Position numbers and translations under genes: made by a program
DNA from: Candidatus Thorarchaeota archaeon
GTDB lineage: Archaea; Asgardarchaeota; Thorarchaeia; Thorarchaeales; Thorarchaeaceae
Direction: 5' to 3'
Assembly: GCA_048882045.1 (NCBI GenBank)
Contig: JBHLRZ010000010.1
Span: 1-64,000, forward strand
Length of the DNA stretch: 64,000 bases
Notes under the pieces: model-generated
Databases searched by the model: none
What the model saw: the letters and a program-made list of their open reading frames with translations, nothing else
Told to the model about the DNA's origin: nothing
Shown: positions 9,163-18,277 of the stretch, one piece after another
Layout: each line of letters begins with the position of its first letter
How positions within the stretch are numbered: position 1 is the stretch's first letter

Positions 9163-12100
9163 CTAGGGATCTTTATGGATGATGATGTTTCCACCCTCAA
9201 GATAACCTACTGGGTTAAAGCCCACCTCATAGAACATTACTCCGTATTTGTCGAGAACACGCATCTGATAAACATCGACACCTCCAGCCTCATCATTGTC
9301 CCAGACATCCACTCTGAACTGGTAGTTACCCTCATCCCAGATGAGCTCACCTGTCAGAGAATTAAACTTCTGGACAGTGCACTTACCCTCGAAGAATGCA
9401 TGCCCATCCTCAATAGCCATGCCCAGCCAGGCATTGCTCTTCACGATGTACTCCCAGTCACCAACACGATAGACGTAGATAGATTGACCCCGTGGAAGCC
9501 CATTCTTTCTGTATTTCACATTAAAGCCAAAGTTGGCCTTATTGCCATAGGAGTCATACATCCATCCGCCGCCAGTGACGAAGTCACCTGAAGGCTCATA
9601 CACTGTGAGGATGACAGCGTCTGACCAAGATGCAGTGAAGTGGCTGTTAGGATTGTCCTCCAGCACCACATAGACAAGATACCCATTCTCAGGGAGATTT
9701 GGAATCTCAAGTATCGCGACACCCACGCCATCTACCTCAGTGGCTTCTACCTGAACTGGTCCATATGAGAGATAGCTTGTGAGGTCAACTGCTCCTGTGA
9801 AGATGTAGAATGTCACATAGACATTCGATAGATCACCATAGTTACCATCGAAATCGTCAAACACAGTAGCTCTGAGCGTGATAGTAGATACTGTCGTTGG
9901 GACTACTGTGCTACCAGTGTAGGTCAGAACAGCGGTTTCCTTACCAAGGTCAAACTCCACAGAGTCAGCACTTGACAGATAAAATCCATCTCCGGAAAAC
10001 TGTACAGAAACCAGGAGCTGTCCCGAGGGCTGATCAAGAATGATCGTCGCATACGCATATCCAGTGACGTCTGTTGTTCCAACTGCAGTCTGTGTGCTCA
10101 AAGTGAACAGGACTGTCTTCCCTTCAATGGGTTCTAGTGTGACAATATCGACGAGTATTGCTGCAAGATTAACTGGGTCGGAATAGATTCCATAGGTTTC
10201 TCCGACATATGTCATCCGTGATGCGTCTACAACAACAGACAGGAACTTCTCAGTCTCCCCGTTCCCAGCAAAGTCAACACTTCTGAAGTAGACAGTCAAG
10301 GTGTCAGGACCAACAACCGAGAAGGGTCCTGTGTAGGTCATCCATGGACCATCATCGATTCTGTACTGAGTCAGTACGACTCCAGAGAGGTCATCGGTCC
10401 AGGACAGGGTGAACAGGGTGTTCGATGTGACATAGGTAATTCCAGACTCTTCATATGACAGGTCTAGCGACAGATTTGTGACTGGCGCTTCAAAGTCGAT
10501 GACCTCCATGACTGCCAAGACTGAGAACCCATCAGTGATCCCATAGATGATATTGTTCTCAGTGTCGATCCATGATGTGATGTCTTCCCACTGTCCGGTG
10601 AGTTCATTGTAGTGCATGAAGCGAAGTTGGGTCTCATCTGCCACTTGTGACTCATCGTATGGTATGCCTATCTCTATTGGTCCATTGAAATCAAAAGTGG
10701 TTGAGATCTCGAAGTAATAGTCCCCCAACTGGAATCCAGCTGGTGCCTCGGGCTGAGTTTCTGGGACCTCAATTGTGGTTGCTCCACCATCAACAACCTC
10801 TGTGAAGCTCAAGCTGATTCCTGTGTTATAATTAGTTATGACAACATCGTCACCGAGGGGCGTGTAGGTATCAACGGGATTCCAAGGATCGGTTCCATAG
10901 ATGTTAATTTCATCGTAAGTAGATATCCCGTCTCCATCCCAATCACCTTCCCATGGAACGGATCCCCGGATTAGCTCTTCATAATCAGACACCCCGTCTC
11001 CATCTGTATCCCAGGATCGTGGATTGAGGCTGAACCAGGTCATATCCTCGTAATCACCAGACTGCCCGTCTTCATTCCAATCAATTGGGGCCATTGTATA
11101 AGCCTGGACTACCTCTTCCCAAGTAATCCCCTCGACATTTTCATAATAAGTCCAGGGGAATATCTCTGTGAAGTCAGGAACCCCGTCCCCATCTGTATCC
11201 GCGGATGTTGGACTGCTATCGAACCACACTAACAGCTCGATATTGTCAGGCAATGTGTCTCCATCCGAGTCTACATTGTTTGGACTAGTACCAATACTCA
11301 CTTCTATTCCGTCACTAAGGGAATCACCGTCTGTATCCCAGAGTAAGGGATTCGAGAGGTATAAACGCCATTCTTGTCCATCATTGATATCATCAGAGTC
11401 AGAATCAGGATTCCCGGGGTCAGTGCCAATTAGTAGTTCCGCGGCATCTGTTAAACCATCACCATCTGTATCCAAGTTTGAGGGAACTAGCGGATAAAGG
11501 TCGAATCCCATATCTGGCCATGGTACATCTGTATCCCCGATTCCATCTCCATCTAAGTCCACACCGATGTAGTGGCTCCAGTAATTTCCTTCCAGCAGTA
11601 TTGGATGATACCAGTAATTTCCATAAATGGAGTTCTGATCCTCTACCTCAATCATGTCAGCAGTTATGTAGTTGTGGAAGACCAAATTATACGATGAGTG
11701 AAACATCGATATACCTTCCCTACTACATGAAATGGCATTCTCTGACAGCGTATTGTTGTCGCTGTATTCAAGATAGAAGCCTTGACCATAGACGTAGCTA
11801 CCGCTGTAGATATCGCCAGAAAGGTTGATGTCGATATAGGCTGCGTTTCCTGACAGCGTGTTTTTGTCGCTGTATTCAAGATAGAAGCCTTGACCATAGA
11901 CGTAGCTGCCGCTGTAGATATCACCAGAAAGGTTGATGTCGATATAGGCTGCGTTTCCTGACAGCGTGTTTTTGTCGCTGTATTCAAGATAGAAGCCTTG
12001 ACCATAGACGTAGCTGCCGCTGTAGATATCACCAGAAAGGTTGATGTCGATATAGACTGCGTTTTCAGATATGTTATTGTAATTGGACGAGCTTTCAAAA

Positions 12101-13872
12101 ATACCAGAGTGAATGTTATAGCTAAAATTGTTGTGATATACAATGTTCACAGTGCTTCTCTCTGTTATAGAAATACCATCCTCGGTGTTGTTGTTGCAGG
12201 TATTCCTAACAATTGAATTTCCATTAGAATTGTAGATGTATATCCCCGAGTAGCCATTAACGTTGCATATATTATTGACCACATAATTATCAAAAGAGAA
12301 TTGCAGATAAATGCCCGATAGTCCATTTCTTGTAATGTTGTTTATAGAAATAATGTTAGAATCTGAAGACCAGAGCGCAATACCAGCCAATAGATTGTTC
12401 CTACAGATATTATTTCTAACTATATTCTCGTCTGATTGATGGAGCCAGATACCTTTTCCATTCTTGACAACTAGATTATGAATGATTCTGATATTTGTAG
12501 ATCCATCCAGATGAATGCCATTTTCGCTATTGCGAATCGAATTGTCAAAAATCGCTCCATTTCTGACATTACGCAGATAGATTCCATCCCATGACCTGCT
12601 CACACCATCGAGAATACAGCCGCGAATAACGAAGTAAGCTGTTGTATCTTGAATGTGTATCAATGTTGTAATAGAATCGGAGATATGCAGGTTCTCAATC
12701 ATGTATGGATTTCCAAGGGTGCCTTCGCCAGCAAAACCAAGTGTTTCAAAATCAGAATTCTCATCAATAAAGAGGGTATTGGATGCGATTGTGAAGTAAA
12801 CGCTGAACCTTTCGGTACTTGGAGACACATAATTTCTGATCTTGACACGATAATCATCACCAGGCTCAATTGCAAACGGCACTGTCCAATCAAGGCTACC
12901 TGTAAGACTATTTCCCAAATAAGACAGGAGTACATCTCCCTTGTATAGCTCAACTTCATGACGGTCGTTAGGCCCCACCCAGTGCCATTGGAAAGAGAAA
13001 GTATCTCCAGCAATCAAGGTGACTTGGCTAGTTGGGGCTGTTATAGAAAGCTCGGAAATTGAAACCGTTCTAGTTTGAAGTATACTTGCACCAAACGAAT
13101 CAGTAACTCTGAGAGCTACAGTATACTGACCAGGGCTGTAGTATGTGAAAGTTGTGGTCGAAGAAAAGCTGTCAGCTATGAAGTCAACACCATTGTATTC
13201 ATTGTCCCATTCGTAAGTAAGGGTGTCACCCTCAGGATCAGTGGTAGTGATGTCGAATTCGACTATCTGAGTACCTTGAGGCGATTCCAAGTGTGTTATG
13301 GTTATGATTCCAGGATCAGGGCCTTTGTTAGAAATCCCATATGTGAAATAGAGATCCATGTATGAGTCCCCTGTATAACCAGAATAATACAGGTCCATTC
13401 CCTCCTCAAACGGGACTGTGACTGTGTAATAGAAGACATCGTCTTCGTCGACATCCTGATCTGTGACTCGGATTTGAAATGAAAATGATGAACCAGAGAT
13501 ATATCCGGAATCAGTAATATCTGTGAAATCCACCCAAGACCCCGGCGCTCCTGTATATACTCCGCCGGGTGAAATCCATGAAGAAACGTATAGCTCGAAC
13601 ATCCACTCGCCGCCGTTAGTATCCGGCCAGGGATCAGGGTTTAATTTCACATAGGCCTTTTGCAACGTAACAGTCAATAAGTGTCCCGAGCTGCTCAGTT
13701 GATGATTCCGACCATCACTTGCTGACGAGGGATTCACAGATTCCGCGATAGGTTGAGCTGCTTGTGCGGCAAGCAAGAAAATCATCAAAAAACTCAAAAA
13801 AACACCTAACACCAACATTCTTCGGTTCAAGGTTCTTTCATCCCTTTTCTTCAATGATATTAACAAGCACAA
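9163..13872 (-). CDS. Large secreted mosaic surface protein (PKD/Ig, NosD beta-helix, DxDxDG Ca-binding repeats, Ig-like domains)
   Basis: 1569 aa; signal peptide, DPEGDTLTYEWD, GEGTLGNPYMI, Asn-rich beta-helix coils, many DTDGDG repeats, YRIDDGPW, C-terminal VTGGGW...FGFNVKY domain. Confidence 0.85.
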   Translation of the reverse strand: MCLLISLKKRDERTLNRRMLVLGVFLSFLMIFLLAAQAAQPIAESVNPSSASDGRNHQLSSSGHLLTVTLQKAYVKLNPDPWPDTNGGEWMFELYVSSWISPGGVYTGAPGSWVDFTDITDSGYISGSSFSFQIRVTDQDVDEDDVFYYTVTVPFEEGMDLYYSGYTGDSYMDLYFTYGISNKGPDPGIITITHLESPQGTQIVEFDITTTDPEGDTLTYEWDNEYNGVDFIADSFSSTTTFTYYSPGQYTVALRVTDSFGASILQTRTVSISELSITAPTSQVTLIAGDTFSFQWHWVGPNDRHEVELYKGDVLLSYLGNSLTGSLDWTVPFAIEPGDDYRVKIRNYVSPSTERFSVYFTIASNTLFIDENSDFETLGFAGEGTLGNPYMIENLHISDSITTLIHIQDTTAYFVIRGCILDGVSRSWDGIYLRNVRNGAIFDNSIRNSENGIHLDGSTNIRIIHNLVVKNGKGIWLHQSDENIVRNNICRNNLLAGIALWSSDSNIISINNITRNGLSGIYLQFSFDNYVVNNICNVNGYSGIYIYNSNGNSIVRNTCNNNTEDGISITERSTVNIVYHNNFSYNIHSGIFESSSNYNNISENAVYIDINLSGDIYSGSYVYGQGFYLEYSDKNTLSGNAAYIDINLSGDIYSGSYVYGQGFYLEYSDKNTLSGNAAYIDINLSGDIYSGSYVYGQGFYLEYSDNNTLSENAISCSREGISMFHSSYNLVFHNYITADMIEVEDQNSIYGNYWYHPILLEGNYWSHYIGVDLDGDGIGDTDVPWPDMGFDLYPLVPSNLDTDGDGLTDAAELLIGTDPGNPDSDSDDINDGQEWRLYLSNPLLWDTDGDSLSDGIEVSIGTSPNNVDSDGDTLPDNIELLVWFDSSPTSADTDGDGVPDFTEIFPWTYYENVEGITWEEVVQAYTMAPIDWNEDGQSGDYEDMTWFSLNPRSWDTDGDGVSDYEELIRGSVPWEGDWDGDGISTYDEINIYGTDPWNPVDTYTPLGDDVVITNYNTGISLSFTEVVDGGATTIEVPETQPEAPAGFQLGDYYFEISTTFDFNGPIEIGIPYDESQVADETQLRFMHYNELTGQWEDITSWIDTENNIIYGITDGFSVLAVMEVIDFEAPVTNLSLDLSYEESGITYVTSNTLFTLSWTDDLSGVVLTQYRIDDGPWMTYTGPFSVVGPDTLTVYFRSVDFAGNGETEKFLSVVVDASRMTYVGETYGIYSDPVNLAAILVDIVTLEPIEGKTVLFTLSTQTAVGTTDVTGYAYATIILDQPSGQLLVSVQFSGDGFYLSSADSVEFDLGKETAVLTYTGSTVVPTTVSTITLRATVFDDFDGNYGDLSNVYVTFYIFTGAVDLTSYLSYGPVQVEATEVDGVGVAILEIPNLPENGYLVYVVLEDNPNSHFTASWSDAVILTVYEPSGDFVTGGGWMYDSYGNKANFGFNVKYRKNGLPRGQSIYVYRVGDWEYIVKSNAWLGMAIEDGHAFFEGKCTVQKFNSLTGELIWDEGNYQFRVDVWDNDEAGGVDVYQMRVLDKYGVMFYEVGFNPVGYLEGGNIIIHKDP
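11742..12065. repeat. Three near-identical 108-bp in-frame tandem repeats
   Basis: GCTGTATTCAAGATAGAAGCC recurs at 11761, 11869 and 11977; each unit encodes YIDINLSGDIYSGSYVYGQGFYLEYSDKNTLSGNAA (36 aa). Confidence 0.97.
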
Positions 13873-13956
13873 GGGAATCCAATGTATCAGACTTAATTCA
13901 CACAGTCAATTGATACGATTTTGATGTAATCGAAAGTTACTATCAGGAAACGATTT

Positions 13957-13974
13957 AGTTATCACATGATAACT
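13957..13974. promoter_or_regulatory. Palindromic operator-like site
   Basis: AGTTATCA-CA-TGATAACT between divergent surface-protein genes; a half-site AGTTATCA also lies at 14123-14130. Confidence 0.5.
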
Positions 13975-14130
13975 GGTGGGTGATAGATTTAGTAAGTTCA
14001 GAATATAAGTCACTACAGGCAACATTGTATAGTCATTTTTCGATATATTAAAGAAATAATATGCGAATCTAGCCCGATAAAGCAATCTCAGCTTGAGGAT
14101 TTCTAGACATCTTTCTCAGGGGAGTTATCA

Positions 14131-14175
14131 CTGGGGGTGTTTATATTCAAGTTCAGCTAAGGAGTTGGAGAGTCA
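14131..14175 (+). repeat. Direct repeat copy 1 (contains TATA-like TTTATATT)
   Basis: 38/45 identical to 15498-15542 by manual alignment. Confidence 0.85.
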
Positions 14176-14202
14176 GGTTCGAGTCAGGTGGAGGAAGATA
14201 TA

Positions 14203-15489
14203 ATGAGAAGACTGATGCTGGGTCTACTTACTATCTTTATCTTACTCCTTAGTTCCACTACCCAACTTTCCTCCCTCGTTTCAGTACTACCTCATAGAGA
14301 ACCAAACAGTTTCAAACTGTCACAAAGTACAGAGCGAACAGAGCACAATCCAATCAATATCACTGATGATAGTCATTTCTTTGAAATGGGATTCAGTGGT
14401 TCTGGAACTGATGAAGATCCCTATGTTATTGATGATTTAATAATAGTAAATGAAGACTATTGCATTCGTATAGCTGAAACAAATTCTTTCTTTGAAATTC
14501 GGAATTGCTTTCTAACTTGTCATAACGGTTTTGCAATCAAGCTTGAGAATGTATCCCATTGCATAATTGACGATTGTATAATCGAAGGGGGTGAGTTTGG
14601 CATCAGTCTAAGAAACTGTAGCTTCATAGAAATTGTTAGTACTATAATAGCTGGCTCTCATTCTTCTGGTATATACGCAAATGGTTGTGACTACAACCTC
14701 TCAATATCTAGCAACAGAATATTCGGATGTGAAACTGGCATCTTCGTCGAAAATACAGAAAATTGCATAATAAACATGAACAGAATCTATTACAATAGGT
14801 TTGGCATTCATCTTCTTGATGATACGAATAGCAATATGATTACTCAAAACTCACTCGGATGGAACAATAATTCAGGTAACCGTTTTGGTGATAATATTGA
14901 TGGTGGAAATGTAGTTGATTCTGGTTCCGATAACTATTGGGATGGAAATAGTTGGAGCGATTACAATTCTGTGGATGCTTGGTATGAAATTGGGGGAGGT
15001 TCAAATCCCCAGGACTATCCACGGGATCTTAATCCATCATTACTACTCGATCTATCTTCACCAGTAATCACAATTTCAGATATTGATAGGGTTATCGAGG
15101 GTGACTCTATTGCTTTCCTTAGCTGGAGAATTATTGAAGAATTCCCTGCGTCATTTGAGTTGTATAGGAATACCATCGCTATCGATGAGGGGTACCTGAC
15201 CACAGATATTCTTGTACAACCTCTTGGATTATTGAGTTATGGAACACATAACTTTACGATAATAATCAGAGATGCTGTAGGGAATATTGAAACTCTTGAA
15301 CATGATATTAGAGTGGTTTCGCCAGTTGTGGAGATATTCCTCATACTTAGTTTGGGAGTCTGTATTTGTGTATTCACGATTTTGCCTTTGGATTATCTCC
15401 TAAGGATTAGAAAGAGAAAGATGATCGATGAGCTTGAATCTGATGAACCAGAGGATTCGATATTGGAACCCTCCCAGTTGCTCGAGTAA
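14203..15489 (+). CDS. NosD/beta-helix surface protein with C-terminal TM anchor
   Basis: Signal peptide, GSGTDEDPYVI, beta-helix coils, GNSWSDY, Ig-like domain, TM helix; GGAGGA precedes ATG 14203. Confidence 0.85.
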   Translation: MRRLMLGLLTIFILLLSSTTQLSSLVSVLPHREPNSFKLSQSTERTEHNPINITDDSHFFEMGFSGSGTDEDPYVIDDLIIVNEDYCIRIAETNSFFEIRNCFLTCHNGFAIKLENVSHCIIDDCIIEGGEFGISLRNCSFIEIVSTIIAGSHSSGIYANGCDYNLSISSNRIFGCETGIFVENTENCIINMNRIYYNRFGIHLLDDTNSNMITQNSLGWNNNSGNRFGDNIDGGNVVDSGSDNYWDGNSWSDYNSVDAWYEIGGGSNPQDYPRDLNPSLLLDLSSPVITISDIDRVIEGDSIAFLSWRIIEEFPASFELYRNTIAIDEGYLTTDILVQPLGLLSYGTHNFTIIIRDAVGNIETLEHDIRVVSPVVEIFLILSLGVCICVFTILPLDYLLRIRKRKMIDELESDEPEDSILEPSQLLE

Positions 15490-15497
15490 TCAGAGTT

Positions 15498-15542
15498 CTG
15501 GGGGTTTTTATATTCGAGATATGCTAAGGAGTTGGAAGGTCA
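15498..15542 (+). repeat. Direct repeat copy 2
   Basis: CTGGGGGTTTTTATATTCGAGATATGCTAAGGAGTTGGAAGGTCA, starting 8 bp after the stop of 14203-15489. Confidence 0.85.
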
Positions 15543-15732
15543 TCGAGTTCCAGGTCACATCAAATGGCCAGCTTCATAGTGACCCTGCGCTCTGTCCGTG
15601 AGCTGGATACTTTCTGGAGTCACGACTGATGAAAAGGCTTCTCAAGAAGGAGGAGAACACCTCAAGGCAACTGGATGCGATGAGAGAGGTTCAGGGGAAG
15701 TTTGTGTTTACCTAAATTAGTGACAACAAATG

Positions 15733-15759
15733 AGGATGAGGGCTCGAAAGCCCTCTCCT
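15733..15759 (-). terminator. Terminator-like hairpin
   Basis: On the minus strand, GAGGGCT-TTCG-AGCCCTC immediately after the stop at 15767. Confidence 0.65.
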
Positions 15760-15766
15760 TTGATTA

Positions 15767-17248
15767 TTAGTAACAAAGCAAATCCATTAGCTCTCTCTTA
15801 TGTTCCATTGCTGCTGCAATAGCTTGACCAGGCGAATTACCCTGCATGTTATTGACGCCGACAAAGACGTTTGTTGTGATACCAAACCAGTAGGTGTTCT
15901 CATCGAACACATCATGTCCTCCAATGACCATGCACTCACTGGTTCCGATGCCAAAGTAAATGTCAGCCAGATATGAATCAAAGCCTGCAAGATTGTTCCC
16001 AATCAACAAACAGCGAGTCGATGTCACATCACTAATTCCCCAATCAGCAGCTCCCGTGAGGTAGATTGCAGCTAATCCTTCACCCCTGAAAATGTTGTAA
16101 GCAATAACTGCATCATCTATACTGCATCCAAAGATCGGACCCCATGGTGCGATATGAGTTTCAGAAATGATGAGATTCTGCTGGATTACAGGCTTTATGG
16201 TTGACTCACCATACCATGCATTCCAATAATCCCATAGCTCGATTCCAGCCCAATCGGTAGCATAAGCTGATGGTTGACGAAATGTATTATGATGAATGAG
16301 CAAGGTTGATGGGCTTACATTCGGCACTGGATAGAAACGACCTGCTTGTCTGAACCAGACACCACTATTGTCGTATGTTTCACAATAACTGACCTCGATA
16401 TTGGTATTAGCCACATCCATTATTGCTACAGCTTGAAAATCAGCACCATTATACGCGTTATAATTGTCAAAACCTTTGACAAAGACATTCTTGGATTGTG
16501 GACTTCCACCGATTGTCACGGTCGAGTCCAAATAACCACCTACAAAAATGCTCTCCCAATCATGGTCCTCGAAGATACAACCACTCACTGTGAGTGTTGA
16601 ATCTCTGAAGTATTCAATATCTATACCCCATAAACTATTGGACCGATACTGAGGATGTTCTCCTCCAGTAAAGCGCATGTTTTCAAAAGATACGTCTACG
16701 TAGCTGTGTTTTCCCTCATTCACCCAGTAACCTGTAAATACATTAATCAAGCCTCCGAACTGGGTTGTAAGGGCTCCATGGTTCCAATAAGGTTCAGTTT
16801 CTCCGTATGCACGAAGTGACATGTCTGAAAACTTGACATCCACTGGACTATTCGCATCTGCTCCTGCATAAAGATAACCAAAATCAAATAAAGCTGCCCA
16901 GCCATCGACAGTCCCAAACGGGGCATCTCCACGACTACGAACCAAAGTCTGATCCATTCCTGCTCCTTTGAAGGTACCGACAAAGTCAGCTACAAAAATA
17001 TCATGACTAATGAAATAAGTCCCCTCAATCAGTTGAACTGTGCTCTCTATCCCTGATGCTGCAGCTGTATCAAAGGCAAGCTGCAAGTTTTCCGTATCAT
17101 CTACGTCCGTTGGCAACACTGTGTAAGTATGAGTGCTAGGGTCATAGATGACATACTCGTTTCCATTCGCACTCACTATTCCTGGTAATGCCAATATCAG
17201 ACATAATCCAACAACTATGGCAAGTGCTCTAAGTCTATTTTTCCTCAA
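15767..17248 (-). CDS. Secreted beta-helix (pectin-lyase-like) protein
   Basis: Signal peptide; DDTENLQLAFD...VQLIEGTY...GTFKGAG N-cap motif; TTG 17248 follows GGAGGAG. Confidence 0.78.
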   Translation of the reverse strand: MRKNRLRALAIVVGLCLILALPGIVSANGNEYVIYDPSTHTYTVLPTDVDDTENLQLAFDTAAASGIESTVQLIEGTYFISHDIFVADFVGTFKGAGMDQTLVRSRGDAPFGTVDGWAALFDFGYLYAGADANSPVDVKFSDMSLRAYGETEPYWNHGALTTQFGGLINVFTGYWVNEGKHSYVDVSFENMRFTGGEHPQYRSNSLWGIDIEYFRDSTLTVSGCIFEDHDWESIFVGGYLDSTVTIGGSPQSKNVFVKGFDNYNAYNGADFQAVAIMDVANTNIEVSYCETYDNSGVWFRQAGRFYPVPNVSPSTLLIHHNTFRQPSAYATDWAGIELWDYWNAWYGESTIKPVIQQNLIISETHIAPWGPIFGCSIDDAVIAYNIFRGEGLAAIYLTGAADWGISDVTSTRCLLIGNNLAGFDSYLADIYFGIGTSECMVIGGHDVFDENTYWFGITTNVFVGVNNMQGNSPGQAIAAAMEHKRELMDLLCY

Positions 17249-17576
17249 ATTCTCTCCTCCTAAATCAGCGATGTTAATCACAAGAACAAGGGTTTCGATG
17301 TTCGAAAGACTGCGTATGGTCTAGAAACTCGGTGAAGATTGATGATACCACTGACTTGTTTTCGTAATTGTGGGTCAGTGCACAGGATTGCTTTAAGGCT
17401 TCCATTAGTGAGCGTATGCACGAATGATTGCCAGACAGATTTTCAATAGGAGTATTCAAGTGCAAAAACAGCACCTCAGTAGTAGGCGATGGAGGATACT
17501 ATTACTCAGTTTCACGCAACAGTTTGTATGACTACTAATCAGGTTTCATGTTGGATTCTATTAAAAAGAATAAGAG

Positions 17577-17597
17577 GAGCTGGTGTAGAACCAGCTC
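17577..17597 (-). terminator. Terminator-like hairpin of the thiolase/DUF35 operon
   Basis: GAGCTGGT/ACCAGCTC stem followed by a T-rich tract on the minus strand. Confidence 0.65.
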
Positions 17598-17610
17598 ACT
17601 TTGCCAAAAT

Positions 17611-18276
17611 CTACTTCATGGATTGGACCCATTCATAGACAGGTGAACACATCTCCTTCATGCGCTCCTTCTCGGGGTTCATGGGACCCGGTTTCCAGTC
17701 ATCAGCGGGCTCAAAATGCCAGTCGGTGACGGTGCCCTGTCGCTCGTTCTTAGGTTTCCAGACCACTTTTACAGGCATGCCAAACTCTGCGTCCCATGGA
17801 TCTAGACCTCTAAGCTCGTTTGCTATTGCAGTCTTGCAACCATCAACGATGACATATGCCAGTACAAATGGAAGACGTTTCAATGAGGACTTTCCACTCC
17901 ACCCGGCAATCGTGAAAGTATGAACAATGCCTTCCTCTTTGAGCATGACCCATTCCGTCTTTTCGAGGTTATCGTCAAGGTTCCAGCAGTTCACCCTTGG
18001 CGGGAAGAACTTGTCTCCACATTTGGGACATTTGGTTCCCCAGAACTCTCCATCAACAAAGCCTTTGCCAAGCTTTGAGACCTCTGCATACTTCCAGTAG
18101 TACAGCTGATCGTAGTGAAGATAGACCTTAAACTGCTCTTCTTTCGAATCCCAATCGTAGCCCATGAAACCAATACCAGTTTCCTTGACATCACCACGGA
18201 ATTCATCCGAGTGCTTGTCATCCCACTCCACATCAGTATGACCTGGGATCTTGTGCATGCGTTTGTCCTTCGTCAT
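17611..18276 (-). CDS. DUF35 Zn-ribbon/OB-fold acyl-CoA-binding protein (extended)
   Basis: GTKCPKCGDKFFPPRVNC, GIVHTFT, PFVLAYV, GMPVKVVW; lies 1 bp downstream of the thiolase. Confidence 0.88.
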   Translation of the reverse strand: MTKDKRMHKIPGHTDVEWDDKHSDEFRGDVKETGIGFMGYDWDSKEEQFKVYLHYDQLYYWKYAEVSKLGKGFVDGEFWGTKCPKCGDKFFPPRVNCWNLDDNLEKTEWVMLKEEGIVHTFTIAGWSGKSSLKRLPFVLAYVIVDGCKTAIANELRGLDPWDAEFGMPVKVVWKPKNERQGTVTDWHFEPADDWKPGPMNPEKERMKEMCSPVYEWVQSMK

Positions 18277-18277
18277 C

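Noticed and set aside
11742-12065. CRISPR array or DGR template
   Set aside because: Contiguous in-frame repeats with no spacers; no cas or reverse transcriptase gene.
11664-12143. 159-aa alternative-frame ORF across the repeats
   Set aside because: A by-product of a stop-free repeat unit whose length is a multiple of 3.
14176-14185. GGTTCGAGTC suggesting a tRNA-derived att site
   Set aside because: The flanks do not form a T-stem, and no tRNA or integrase is nearby.
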